From: Planctomycetota bacterium
GTDB taxonomy: Bacteria; Planctomycetota; UBA1135; UBA2386
NCBI GenBank assembly: GCA_016872675.1
Contig: VGZG01000003.1
Coordinates: 175-64,174 of the forward strand
Reading direction: 5' to 3'
Length of the DNA stretch: 64,000 nt
Positions 52,891-61,141 of this stretch are shown here, one piece after another. The position numbers were made by a program, and so were the translations under genes. The notes below the pieces were generated by a model. That model was not told the origin of the DNA. It saw nothing but the letters and a program-made list of their open reading frames with translations, and did not search any database. Every line of letters starts with the position of its first letter. The first letter of the stretch is position 1.

Positions 52891-54196
52891 CGTCGAGCGA
52901 GAGATTGTCGAGCAGGCGCACGGGCCGGACACCGTCGATGAAGCGAGCAGCGACGAGCATGCGGCCGCTGGCGATCGGCCCCGGCGGCAGTTCCGCCAGG
53001 TCTTCCTCGCTGCGGAGCTCGAGGTAGTCGAGCCCCGCGCGCGGCTCGTTGGCGATGATCGTGCGCGCGCGCTGCAGCAAGCGATCGCGGTCGCGCTCGC
53101 CGCGGCGGAACGCCTCGCGGGCGCTGCGCAGCGCCCGCGCCAGCACCGTGCTGGCTGCGCGGTCGGCGGCGCCGAGGTAGGCGTTGCGGCTCGACATCGC
53201 AAGACCATCAGGCTCGCGCACGGTCGCGCACGGCACGATGCGGATCGGGAAGCCGAGATCGCGCGTCATGCGGCGGATGACGGCGAGTTGCTGTGCGTCC
53301 TTCTCGCCGAAGTAGCCGCGCGTCGGCTGCGCGATGGCGAACAGCCGCGCCACAACCGTCGCCACGCCAGCGAAGTGGCCGGGGCGCACGGCGCCTTCCA
53401 GGCCCTCCGCCGCGGCGCCGACGGCTACGTGGCTGCAGAAGGCCGGCTCGTACATCTGTGCGACCGACGGCGCGAAGACCGCGTCGACCCCGGCTTGCCG
53501 GCAGACAGCGAGGTCACCGGCGAGGTCGCGCGGATAGGCGGTGAAGTCCTCCTTCGGCCCGAACTGCAACGGGTTGACGAAGATCGTCGCGATCACGCGG
53601 TCGCACTCGGCGCGGGCGATCTCCATCAGCCGGCGATGGCCGGCGTGAAGGCTGCCCATCGTCGGCACGATGCCGATCACGCAGCCGCCGGTTCGCCACT
53701 GTAGTGAGCGCGCCGACATCGCCTCGGGCGCCTCGATGACCTCGGGACCGGACCAGCGGCGCTTGGCGGCGACGTCGACGCCGAGCTCCACCAGCGGTTG
53801 GCGCACGAAGTCGCGCTCGTGCCAGCGCAGGTGCGGGATGACGAGATCGCGCGTGTCGACGACGTCGTCGCCGAAGAAGACGATGTCGATGTCGAGCGGA
53901 CGCGGATGGTTGCGAGGCGCCGGCAGCTGGCGGCCGGCCTCGGCCTCGATCTGCTTGCAGCACGCAAACAGTGCGTGCGGCGGCAGCGAACAGGCGAGCT
54001 CGACGACGGCGTTGCGATACGGACCCTGGGCCGGACCGTCGCCGACGAACGCCGTCTCGCGCACCGACGACACCCGCCGGACCTGGACGCCAGGCACCTG
54101 CGCCAAGCGGTCGACCGCGCGCTGGAGATGGGCGTCGCGGTCGCCTTCGTTGCTGCCGAGCGCGACGTGGACGATCTGCGGGCGTTGGTGGTTCAC
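52874..54196 (-). CDS. folK-panC: Fusion of HPPK (FolK) and pantoate--beta-alanine ligase (PanC)
   Basis: The N-terminus 'VALGSNEGDR...SSVRETAFVG...RNAVVEL...PRPLDIDIVFFG...IPHLRWHERDFV' is HPPK. The C-terminus 'IVPTMGSLHAGHRRLM...IFVNPLQFGPKEDFTAYPR...GVDAVFAP' is PanC. Confidence 0.85.
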   Translation of the reverse strand: MNHQRPQIVHVALGSNEGDRDAHLQRAVDRLAQVPGVQVRRVSSVRETAFVGDGPAQGPYRNAVVELACSLPPHALFACCKQIEAEAGRQLPAPRNHPRPLDIDIVFFGDDVVDTRDLVIPHLRWHERDFVRQPLVELGVDVAAKRRWSGPEVIEAPEAMSARSLQWRTGGCVIGIVPTMGSLHAGHRRLMEIARAECDRVIATIFVNPLQFGPKEDFTAYPRDLAGDLAVCRQAGVDAVFAPSVAQMYEPAFCSHVAVGAAAEGLEGAVRPGHFAGVATVVARLFAIAQPTRGYFGEKDAQQLAVIRRMTRDLGFPIRIVPCATVREPDGLAMSSRNAYLGAADRAASTVLARALRSAREAFRRGERDRDRLLQRARTIIANEPRAGLDYLELRSEEDLAELPPGPIASGRMLVAARFIDGVRPVRLLDNLSLDGADEA

Positions 54197-54215
54197 AGGC
54201 GGAGCTTCGGGACGT

Positions 54216-55154
54216 TCAGTTGCGCGGCGGATCGGAGCGCAGCGGGTCGGCGTCGATATCGTCCTCGTCGTCGTCGCGGCGGCGCGCGATCACGCGGAAC
54301 AGCCACACCAGGGGGCCCGTCGCCAGGTAGGCGATCGTCGTCACCGCCAGCGCCAACTGCCATTCAATGGCCGCGACGATCACGACGGCGACGGCGACGG
54401 CGACGACCGGCAGGCTGTTGCGGCCCTTCACCAACCAGTGCATCGCGTGCGGATATGGCAGGCGGCTCACCATCAATAGGCCGAGCAGCATCAGCACGCC
54501 GGGCATCGCGACGACGATGAGGTCGAAGTGGCGCGGGCCGAGCAGCCAGTGCGCCAGCTTTGCCTCGGCATCGTTGCGGGTGCAGAACAGGCCGACCAGC
54601 GCGACGGCGACCGCCGCGGCGGCCGGCGACGGCAGCCCCTTGAACTGCGTGTGGTCGCCATCGTTGGCGCCGGTCTCGACGTTGAAGCGCGCGAGGCGCA
54701 GCGCCGCGCCGACAACGTAGAACGCGGCGGCGGCGAAGAACAGCCGCGGATGCAGCGGCAGCAGGCTGTTGGCATCGGTCTGGGCGTGCCAGTCGACCAA
54801 CACCTTGCAGAGGAACGCCGGCGCGAGGCCGAACGTCACCATGTCGGCCATGCTGTCGAGTTGCGCGCCGAACGGCGTCGTCTGCCCGGTCATGCGCGCG
54901 ACCCGGCCGTCGAGCGCGTCGAAGACCATCGCCACGAACACGAGCGCGACCGCGGCGGTGAAGAAGTCCACAACCGACGCGAACTGGGCGCCGGGTTGAG
55001 CCTGCCGCAGCGCGTCGGCGACCTTGGCGATGGCCAGGAAGCCGCAGACGAGGTTGCCGAGCGTGATCATGCTCGGCAGCACCGGCACCTCCTTGAGGCG
55101 GCGCAGACGGCTGCGACGGCGCGTTGACAGGTCCTCGATTCGTGGGGCAGTCAT
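54216..55154 (-). CDS. pssA: CDP-diacylglycerol--serine O-phosphatidyltransferase (CDP-alcohol phosphatidyltransferase family)
   Basis: 'DALDGRVARMTGQTTPFGAQLDSMADMV' is the D-G-x2-A-R-x8-G-x3-D-x3-D motif. The protein has multiple TM segments. The start is ATG 55154; the track start at 55532 is Arg-rich. Confidence 0.85.
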   Translation of the reverse strand: MTAPRIEDLSTRRRSRLRRLKEVPVLPSMITLGNLVCGFLAIAKVADALRQAQPGAQFASVVDFFTAAVALVFVAMVFDALDGRVARMTGQTTPFGAQLDSMADMVTFGLAPAFLCKVLVDWHAQTDANSLLPLHPRLFFAAAAFYVVGAALRLARFNVETGANDGDHTQFKGLPSPAAAAVAVALVGLFCTRNDAEAKLAHWLLGPRHFDLIVVAMPGVLMLLGLLMVSRLPYPHAMHWLVKGRNSLPVVAVAVAVVIVAAIEWQLALAVTTIAYLATGPLVWLFRVIARRRDDDEDDIDADPLRSDPPRN

Positions 55155-55204
55155 GCGGCACGGGATGGTAGAGCCCCCCGCCGCGCCCCTGCTAGCATCG
55201 CGGC

Positions 55205-55939
55205 GTGAACTTCCTGCTGCTCGAGACGCACGAACTGGACGCCGCTGGCCGCTGCCGCCTCGTCGGCCGCCGCGCCGAGCACGTGCGCACGGTGCTGCGT
55301 GCGCAGCAGGGCGACACGCTCCGTGCCGCCGTGGTCGACGGCGGCGTGGGCGTCGCGCGGGTCGAGCGCATCGACGCCGAAGCCGTCGACGTGCGCTGCG
55401 AACTCGCCGCTGACGGCGAGCCGGTGCCCGCCGACACGTTGCTGCTGGCCGTGCCGAGGCCGAAGGTGCTGCTGCGCATACTGGCGCACGCCGCCGCGCT
55501 GGGCTTCGGGCGCGTCGTGCTCTTCCGTTCATGGCGAGTCGAAAAGAGCCACCTTGGGAGCGAGGCCATGCGACCGTCGCAGCAGCGCGCGGCGCTGCTC
55601 GCCGGCATGGAGCAGACCGGTCGCACGCGCCTGCCGTCCGTCGTGTTCCAGCCGTTGTTCAAGCCGATGGCCGAAGACTGGCTGCCGGCCGCCGATCTGC
55701 CGGCCGCGCGCTTCGTCGCGCACCCGCCGGCGACGACGCCCACGTCTGCGCTCGACCTCGCTGGCGTCGGCGGCATGGCGCTCGCGCTCGGCCCCGACGG
55801 CGGCTTCCTGCCCTACGAGGTCGACAAGCTGGCGGCTGCCGGGTTCCTTCCCGTCACATGCGGCGCGCGGCCGCTCCGCACCGAAACCGCGCTCGCCGTG
55901 CTCAAGGGCCAGCTCGACGTGTTGCGCGCGCGAGGTTGA
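55205..55939 (+). CDS. Second RsmE-family (SPOUT) RNA methyltransferase paralog
   Basis: 'LLLAVPRPKVLLRIL...GFGRVVLF' and the C-terminal 'LALGPDGGFLPYEV...GARPLRTETALAVLKGQL' are collinear with RsmE. The protein is clearly diverged from the copy at 12687-13367. Confidence 0.75.
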   Translation: MNFLLLETHELDAAGRCRLVGRRAEHVRTVLRAQQGDTLRAAVVDGGVGVARVERIDAEAVDVRCELAADGEPVPADTLLLAVPRPKVLLRILAHAAALGFGRVVLFRSWRVEKSHLGSEAMRPSQQRAALLAGMEQTGRTRLPSVVFQPLFKPMAEDWLPAADLPAARFVAHPPATTPTSALDLAGVGGMALALGPDGGFLPYEVDKLAAAGFLPVTCGARPLRTETALAVLKGQLDVLRARG

Positions 55940-55978
55940 CGGTTCGCGCGCATTCGGAGTCGCGCCCGCTGGCGGCCA

Positions 55979-57487
55979 TCAGATGCGCTTTTCGTAGATC
56001 GGGCCCTTCTCGAAGTACTCGTTCTCCGAGCCGACCGTGTCCATGTCGTACTTGCGGCCCTCGAGGATCATCCGGCTGGCGATGATGCCCATCTCCAGGC
56101 TGTGATCCTGGTTGGTGTAGCGGAAGCGACCGGGCCGGCCGACGTAGACGAGGTTCTCGAGCCGCTCGAGCCAGCCTTGGATCGTGGCGAGGCGCGCCTT
56201 GTACTCGTTGTCGTAAACAGGGTAGACGTGCGGCCGCTTCCACAGGTAGGCCTGCCGGACCTCCTTGCGGCTGAAGAACCCCCACTTCTCGAAGTACGGC
56301 ATGACGAGATCGAGCACCTGCTCCTTCGTCATCGCCCAGATCGCGTCGCCTTCGAAGGCGAAGAACTCGATGAAGAACGATGTCTTGCCCGGCGGGCACA
56401 TGTCCGGGCTGAAGTTCTTCATCTCGCTCGTGCGGCCGAACGGGATGTCCTTGCTCGGGAAGTAGATCCAGTTGTCGTCGGTGACCTTGTCCTTGTCGAG
56501 CGTGAGGAACAGGTACACCTGCGCGCGCCACTTCAGCTGGCTCGCGGCCGACGTCACTTCGGGCGGTGGCGGCGGATCGAGCAACGTGAGGAAGTGCGTC
56601 AGTGGCACCGACTCGACGACGTGCTCGGGCTGCACGGTGACGACGCCCTCGGGCGACTTCAGGTCGACGGACGTGATGCGCTTGCCATCGTGCCGAACCT
56701 TGACCGGCTCGGTGCGCACGCGGATCTCGGTGCCCTTCTTCTGCAGGTGACGGCCGATCTCCTCGTAGATCGTGCCGGTGCCGAACTGCGGGTAGTAGAA
56801 CTCGTCGACCAACGACTTCGGGCCCTTCTTGCCGCGCAGACCAAGCGCGTTCTTGAAGACGCTCCAGAGGTTGAGCCCGTGGATGCGCTGCTTCGCCCAG
56901 TCCGGGTGGATGTCGCGCACCGGGATGCCCCAGATCTTCTCGGTGTAGTTGATCATCGAGAACTCGGCGAGCGCGCGGCCGAAGTTCGCGACGACGTAGT
57001 CCTCGAAGGTGCGCAGCGGCTTCTGCAACAACCCGTAGCGCAGGCGCGCCAACACGTAGTCGACGCCGATGCGGCAGCTGCGCCAGAAACCGAGGTTGCG
57101 GACGACCTGCTGGAAGTTGACGGGGTAGTTGTAGTACTTGCCCTCGATGAACTGCCGGGTGAGACGCGGCACCTTGCGCCACTCCTCGTGCAGCAGGTCC
57201 TCGATGAAATCGTAGAGGTACTTGTTCTTCGAGAAGAAGCGGTGCGGGCCGATGTCGGTCAGGAACTCCAGCTCGCCTTCGCGGACTGTTAGCGTCTTGG
57301 CGAGGCCGCCGACCTGCTCGTCACGCTCGATGACGAGCGCCTTGCGACCTTTCTTCGACAGCTCCATCGCGCAGGCGAGGCCTGCCGGGCCGGCGCCGAG
57401 CACGAGCACGCCAGGCGTCGACACCGCGGAACCGGCGGAACCGGTGGGCTGCGCAGCGGCCTTGGGGTCTTCAGCGGGCGACGGCAT
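55979..57487 (-). CDS. FAD-dependent oxidoreductase (amine-oxidase / UDP-galactopyranose-mutase-like fold)
   Basis: 'VLVLGAGPAGLACAMELSKKGRKALVIERDEQVGG' is a GxGxxG-E dinucleotide motif. The conserved C-terminus is 'VGRPGRFRYTNQDHS'. The protein is Lys/Tyr/Phe-rich, and the gene has visibly lower G+C than its neighbours. Confidence 0.75.
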   Translation of the reverse strand: MPSPAEDPKAAAQPTGSAGSAVSTPGVLVLGAGPAGLACAMELSKKGRKALVIERDEQVGGLAKTLTVREGELEFLTDIGPHRFFSKNKYLYDFIEDLLHEEWRKVPRLTRQFIEGKYYNYPVNFQQVVRNLGFWRSCRIGVDYVLARLRYGLLQKPLRTFEDYVVANFGRALAEFSMINYTEKIWGIPVRDIHPDWAKQRIHGLNLWSVFKNALGLRGKKGPKSLVDEFYYPQFGTGTIYEEIGRHLQKKGTEIRVRTEPVKVRHDGKRITSVDLKSPEGVVTVQPEHVVESVPLTHFLTLLDPPPPPEVTSAASQLKWRAQVYLFLTLDKDKVTDDNWIYFPSKDIPFGRTSEMKNFSPDMCPPGKTSFFIEFFAFEGDAIWAMTKEQVLDLVMPYFEKWGFFSRKEVRQAYLWKRPHVYPVYDNEYKARLATIQGWLERLENLVYVGRPGRFRYTNQDHSLEMGIIASRMILEGRKYDMDTVGSENEYFEKGPIYEKRI

Positions 57488-57584
57488 GTGGCGTGGCGGA
57501 CCGTAAGCAGCCTAGCTCATCGTCCGCCAGTGTGCGGAGTTGGAGACCGTGACGAGGTTCCGCGCCGATCCGATGGCACCGGCG

Positions 57585-59435
57585 TCACGCGGACGGCTTG
57601 TGGGCCCATTCTTCGAGGCTGTAGCGGACGTTCTGCGGGATCGGCGCCTTCGCGCGGTCGGCGATCTCCTGCAGGATCTGGGCGCCCGTCAGCCCGTCGG
57701 CCAACCCAGCGCGCACGGAGGCCTCGTCGATGCGGAACTGGTGCACGTGGTCGCTCTTGGTGCGGTGCGCGAATCGATCGAACAAGTGCACGACATCGTG
57801 CACGTCGTCGCCTGGGAAAACCAGCACCTCGAAGTCCGGCAACACGATCACCATGCTGCGCGCGCCGCCGGCCTTGGCCGCCGGATCGGCGTCGAGCAGC
57901 TCGGCGCCAAGGCGCGAGAGCCGCACCGCCGTGACGCGGCCCTGGTGCATGCCGAGGTCGACGACGCCGAGCGGGAACAGGCGCTTCTTGACCCACACGA
58001 GCAGGTTCCACGCCATCTGCTGCAACGACTCGCCAGGCGTGTAGCCACCGCCCTGGAAGCGGGCGGCGAAGAACTCTTCGGTTGGCGCCGCCTCGAGTTG
58101 CGCGAGATAGGCGTTGCGGGCCAGGAAGGGCAGGATCGAGACGTCTTGCCACTGCATGGGCTCGGCGCGGCGCAGCAGGCGCAGGAAAACGCGTCGCAGC
58201 CGGGCATGGTGGTACGCCTCGCCCGGCAGCGTGCGATCCTCGACGAAGTGCGCGACCAGCGTCTTCAGTTGCTCGCCCAACGGCGCGCGCTCGAACTCGC
58301 CTCCGGCCGGCGTCGGCCGCAGCGCCCGCTCGCCGCGACGGTCGACGAGACGCCGCTGCAGGCAGAAACGGAAGATCGTCTCCAGCAACGGTTCGGCGCC
58401 GAGGAAGCCCCCGGGCACTGGCAGCAGCGTTCCGGCGATGCGCTTCTGCGAGGCTTTGAACAAGTCGCCCTCGGCAGTGAACAGCACCTTGCTCTGCTGC
58501 AGTTCACGCAGGAAGCGGCCGACGTTGGTGACGAAGTCGCCGCGACAGGACAAATCCTCGGTGACCACGGGCACATGCTCTTCGCCGCGCTTCTTCAGCG
58601 CGTGCAACGCGACCTCGTGGAACACGACCACCGCGTGTTCGACCGGTTGGATGCCGATGCGGGCGAGGTCGAGGTCGGCGACCGCGCCGAGCATCGCCTC
58701 GGAGAGGCACTTGCCGACCAGCGCGCGATCGGGCGGCTGCTCGAACTCGACCTCGCGCAAGACCTCGTCCCAGCCGGCGATGCCGCCGTGCTTGAAGAGC
58801 ACATCGTCGACGATCGCAGCGACCGGACGCGGCAGCTTTGCCAGTCGCTGCGCGATCGAGCTCTCCATCGCGTAGAGCTTGTAGATCTTGCGCGCGTGGT
58901 CGGCGGCCTTGTCGTCGTCCTTGCCGACCGGCTTGCCGGTGGCCGCCCGCTCGCGAAAGTAGCGCGCGTCGAGGAAGCCCTGCAGCGTGAGCGCGTCCTG
59001 CAGCAGCCGCTGCCGGCGCTCTCGCGCCCGCAGCACGCACTCGACCAGCTCGCTCGGCACCGCCCAGCTCGGCGAGTCGAACGTCGCCCAGCGCTTGTCC
59101 TTGACGTGCCAGACGAACGCCTCGCGATGCAGAGTCGCAAGGGCCGCCTCCAACTCGAAGCGGCTCTTGAAGTGCTTGCCGCACTCACTCACCAGCGCCT
59201 GCACCGGCCGCACCGCGCCGCCGGGCGCGAAGAACGGCTCGAGCAGGTCCTGCAGTTTCTTAGGCAGCGCGGAAATGCGCGCTTGCGCCCTGGCCTCGTC
59301 CTCCATCGCCTGGGCGGCCGCCACCAGCGACGGCTTGGCGTCGCCGGCCAGCAAGCCACACCAGCGGAACACACACTCGCGCAGCGCCGAGTCGCCAGCC
59401 CCTTGCAGCAGCATGCGCAGGCTGAGGCGGGTCAT
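57585..59435 (-). CDS. XPB-associated protein (helicase-associated, Helicase_C_3-like C-terminal module)
   Basis: 616 aa with non-shadow composition. The ATG at 59435 overlaps the XPB stop as ATGA. The C-terminal approx. 90 aa 'VIVLPDFEVLVFPG...FDRFAHRTKSDHVHQFRI...GLTGAQILQEIADRAKAPIPQNVRYSLEEW' is collinear with the XPB N-terminal domain. Confidence 0.65.
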   Translation of the reverse strand: MTRLSLRMLLQGAGDSALRECVFRWCGLLAGDAKPSLVAAAQAMEDEARAQARISALPKKLQDLLEPFFAPGGAVRPVQALVSECGKHFKSRFELEAALATLHREAFVWHVKDKRWATFDSPSWAVPSELVECVLRARERRQRLLQDALTLQGFLDARYFRERAATGKPVGKDDDKAADHARKIYKLYAMESSIAQRLAKLPRPVAAIVDDVLFKHGGIAGWDEVLREVEFEQPPDRALVGKCLSEAMLGAVADLDLARIGIQPVEHAVVVFHEVALHALKKRGEEHVPVVTEDLSCRGDFVTNVGRFLRELQQSKVLFTAEGDLFKASQKRIAGTLLPVPGGFLGAEPLLETIFRFCLQRRLVDRRGERALRPTPAGGEFERAPLGEQLKTLVAHFVEDRTLPGEAYHHARLRRVFLRLLRRAEPMQWQDVSILPFLARNAYLAQLEAAPTEEFFAARFQGGGYTPGESLQQMAWNLLVWVKKRLFPLGVVDLGMHQGRVTAVRLSRLGAELLDADPAAKAGGARSMVIVLPDFEVLVFPGDDVHDVVHLFDRFAHRTKSDHVHQFRIDEASVRAGLADGLTGAQILQEIADRAKAPIPQNVRYSLEEWAHKPSA

Positions 59436-61141
59436 GCGCGACTCTCCGCGCCGGCCGCGGCGGCGTCGGCGGCGAGCAGGTCATCGGCCTGCACGATCTC
59501 GTAGGCGTAGCCCTGTTCGGTCAGGAACAGCTGGCGCTTCCGCGCGAACTCCTGCTCGCGCGTGTCGGCGCTCACAACCGTGTAGAAGCTCGCCGGCCCG
59601 CCGTCAGCCTTCGGCCGCAGCACGCGGCCGAGGCGCTGCGCCTCCTCCTGGCGGCTGCCAAACGTGCCGCTGACTTCGATCGCGACGTTGGCGTCGGGAA
59701 GGTCGATCGCAAAGTTGCCGACCTTGCTGACCATCAGTCGCTTGATCTGGCCGGCGCGGAAGTCCGCGTAGAGCCGGTCACGCTCGGCGTTGGGCGTCTG
59801 GCCGGTGATCAGCGGCAGCGCGAAGACAGTGGCCAGCCGCTGCAACTGCTCGAGGTACTGGCCGATCACCAGGACGCGGTCGGCGGCGTGCCGGCGCAGC
59901 AGCGCGCCGAGGACGTCCTCCTTGCGTTCGTTGTCGGCGGCGATACGGATCTGGCTGCGCGCGCCCGCGGCGTTGTAGCGCGCCGCACGGGCCGCGCCGA
60001 GCGGGGTGCGCACCTCTTGGCAGAGCGCGACGGCGAGGAATCCCTGCCGCTCGAGCAGCTTCCATGGCAACTCGTAACGCTTGGGACCGATCAGCGAGAA
60101 CACCTCGTCGGCGCGGCCGTCCTCGCGCACCAACGTCGCCGTCAGGCCCAGGCGCCGGCGCGCCTGGATGCCTGCCGTCGCCCGGAAGACCGGCGCCGGC
60201 AGCAGGTGGACCTCGTCGTATACGATCAGCCCGAAGCCGCCCTGATCGAACAGGTCGAGGTGCGTAAAGGCGTCGAGCTTGGCCTTGCGATGCGTCAGGA
60301 TCTGGTAGGTCGCGACGGTCACCGGCCGCACCTGCTTGTGTTCGCCGGTGTACTCGCCGACCTGGTCGGGCGTGAGCGTGGTCTTCTCGAGGAGCTCGCG
60401 CACCCATTGGCGCACCGCGACCGTGTTGGTCGTCAGCACCAGCGTATTGGTCTGCAGCAAACCCATCGCCGCGATGCCGACGACCGTCTTGCCGGCGCCG
60501 CACGGCAACACGACCACGCCGCAACCGCCGCGGTCGCTGCCGCCGGCGTGGAAGGCCGACGCCGCCGCCTGCTGGTACTCGCGCAGCCGGAAGCCCGGTC
60601 CTCCGGCCGGCGCCTCACGCAGCGCGAACGGCAGCGTCTCGCCCTGCCGGTAGCCGGCGCGGTCGTCGACCGGATAACCGAGCTTGACGAGCGCCTGCTT
60701 GACCTCGCCACGCGCCTCGGCGGCGAGCGACACGCCGCCATCATCGTCGACCTCGACGAGCTTCTCCACGGTCGGCTGCTCGACGAGCTCTTGCAACGTC
60801 GCCGGCTCGTCGCAGCGCAGCGCCAGCCGGCCGTTGGAGCCAGGCGCCAGGCGCAACAGCCCGTAGCGGCGGAACCACTCGCGCACCTGCGACAGCACCG
60901 TCGGCACGATCGGAAAGCGCGACGCGCGCACGAGCCAATCGCAAATGTCGTCAGCGCGTTCGCCAAGCGCAGCGGCGTTCCAGCAGCTGACTGGCGTGAT
61001 CTTGTAGAAGTGCACGTACTCCGGCGACTTCTCCAGCTCGGCGAAACGCGCCAACCGATCGCGCGCCGCTTCGTACTCGGGATGCGTCGTCTCGAGCAAC
61101 ACGGTGCGGTCCGTCTGCACGATCAAAGGCGGTTCGTTCAT
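59432..61141 (-). CDS. xpb: XPB/ERCC3-type SF2 DNA helicase
   Basis: The start is ATG 61141 (MNEPPLIVQTDRTVLLE). Motifs present: Walker A 'LPCGAGKTVVG', 'VYDEVHLL', the XPB-specific RED motif in 'GLTATLVREDG', and motif VI 'GSRQEEAQRLGRVLR'. The start overlaps the uvrA stop as ATGA. Confidence 0.85.
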   Translation of the reverse strand: MNEPPLIVQTDRTVLLETTHPEYEAARDRLARFAELEKSPEYVHFYKITPVSCWNAAALGERADDICDWLVRASRFPIVPTVLSQVREWFRRYGLLRLAPGSNGRLALRCDEPATLQELVEQPTVEKLVEVDDDGGVSLAAEARGEVKQALVKLGYPVDDRAGYRQGETLPFALREAPAGGPGFRLREYQQAAASAFHAGGSDRGGCGVVVLPCGAGKTVVGIAAMGLLQTNTLVLTTNTVAVRQWVRELLEKTTLTPDQVGEYTGEHKQVRPVTVATYQILTHRKAKLDAFTHLDLFDQGGFGLIVYDEVHLLPAPVFRATAGIQARRRLGLTATLVREDGRADEVFSLIGPKRYELPWKLLERQGFLAVALCQEVRTPLGAARAARYNAAGARSQIRIAADNERKEDVLGALLRRHAADRVLVIGQYLEQLQRLATVFALPLITGQTPNAERDRLYADFRAGQIKRLMVSKVGNFAIDLPDANVAIEVSGTFGSRQEEAQRLGRVLRPKADGGPASFYTVVSADTREQEFARKRQLFLTEQGYAYEIVQADDLLAADAAAAGAESRA

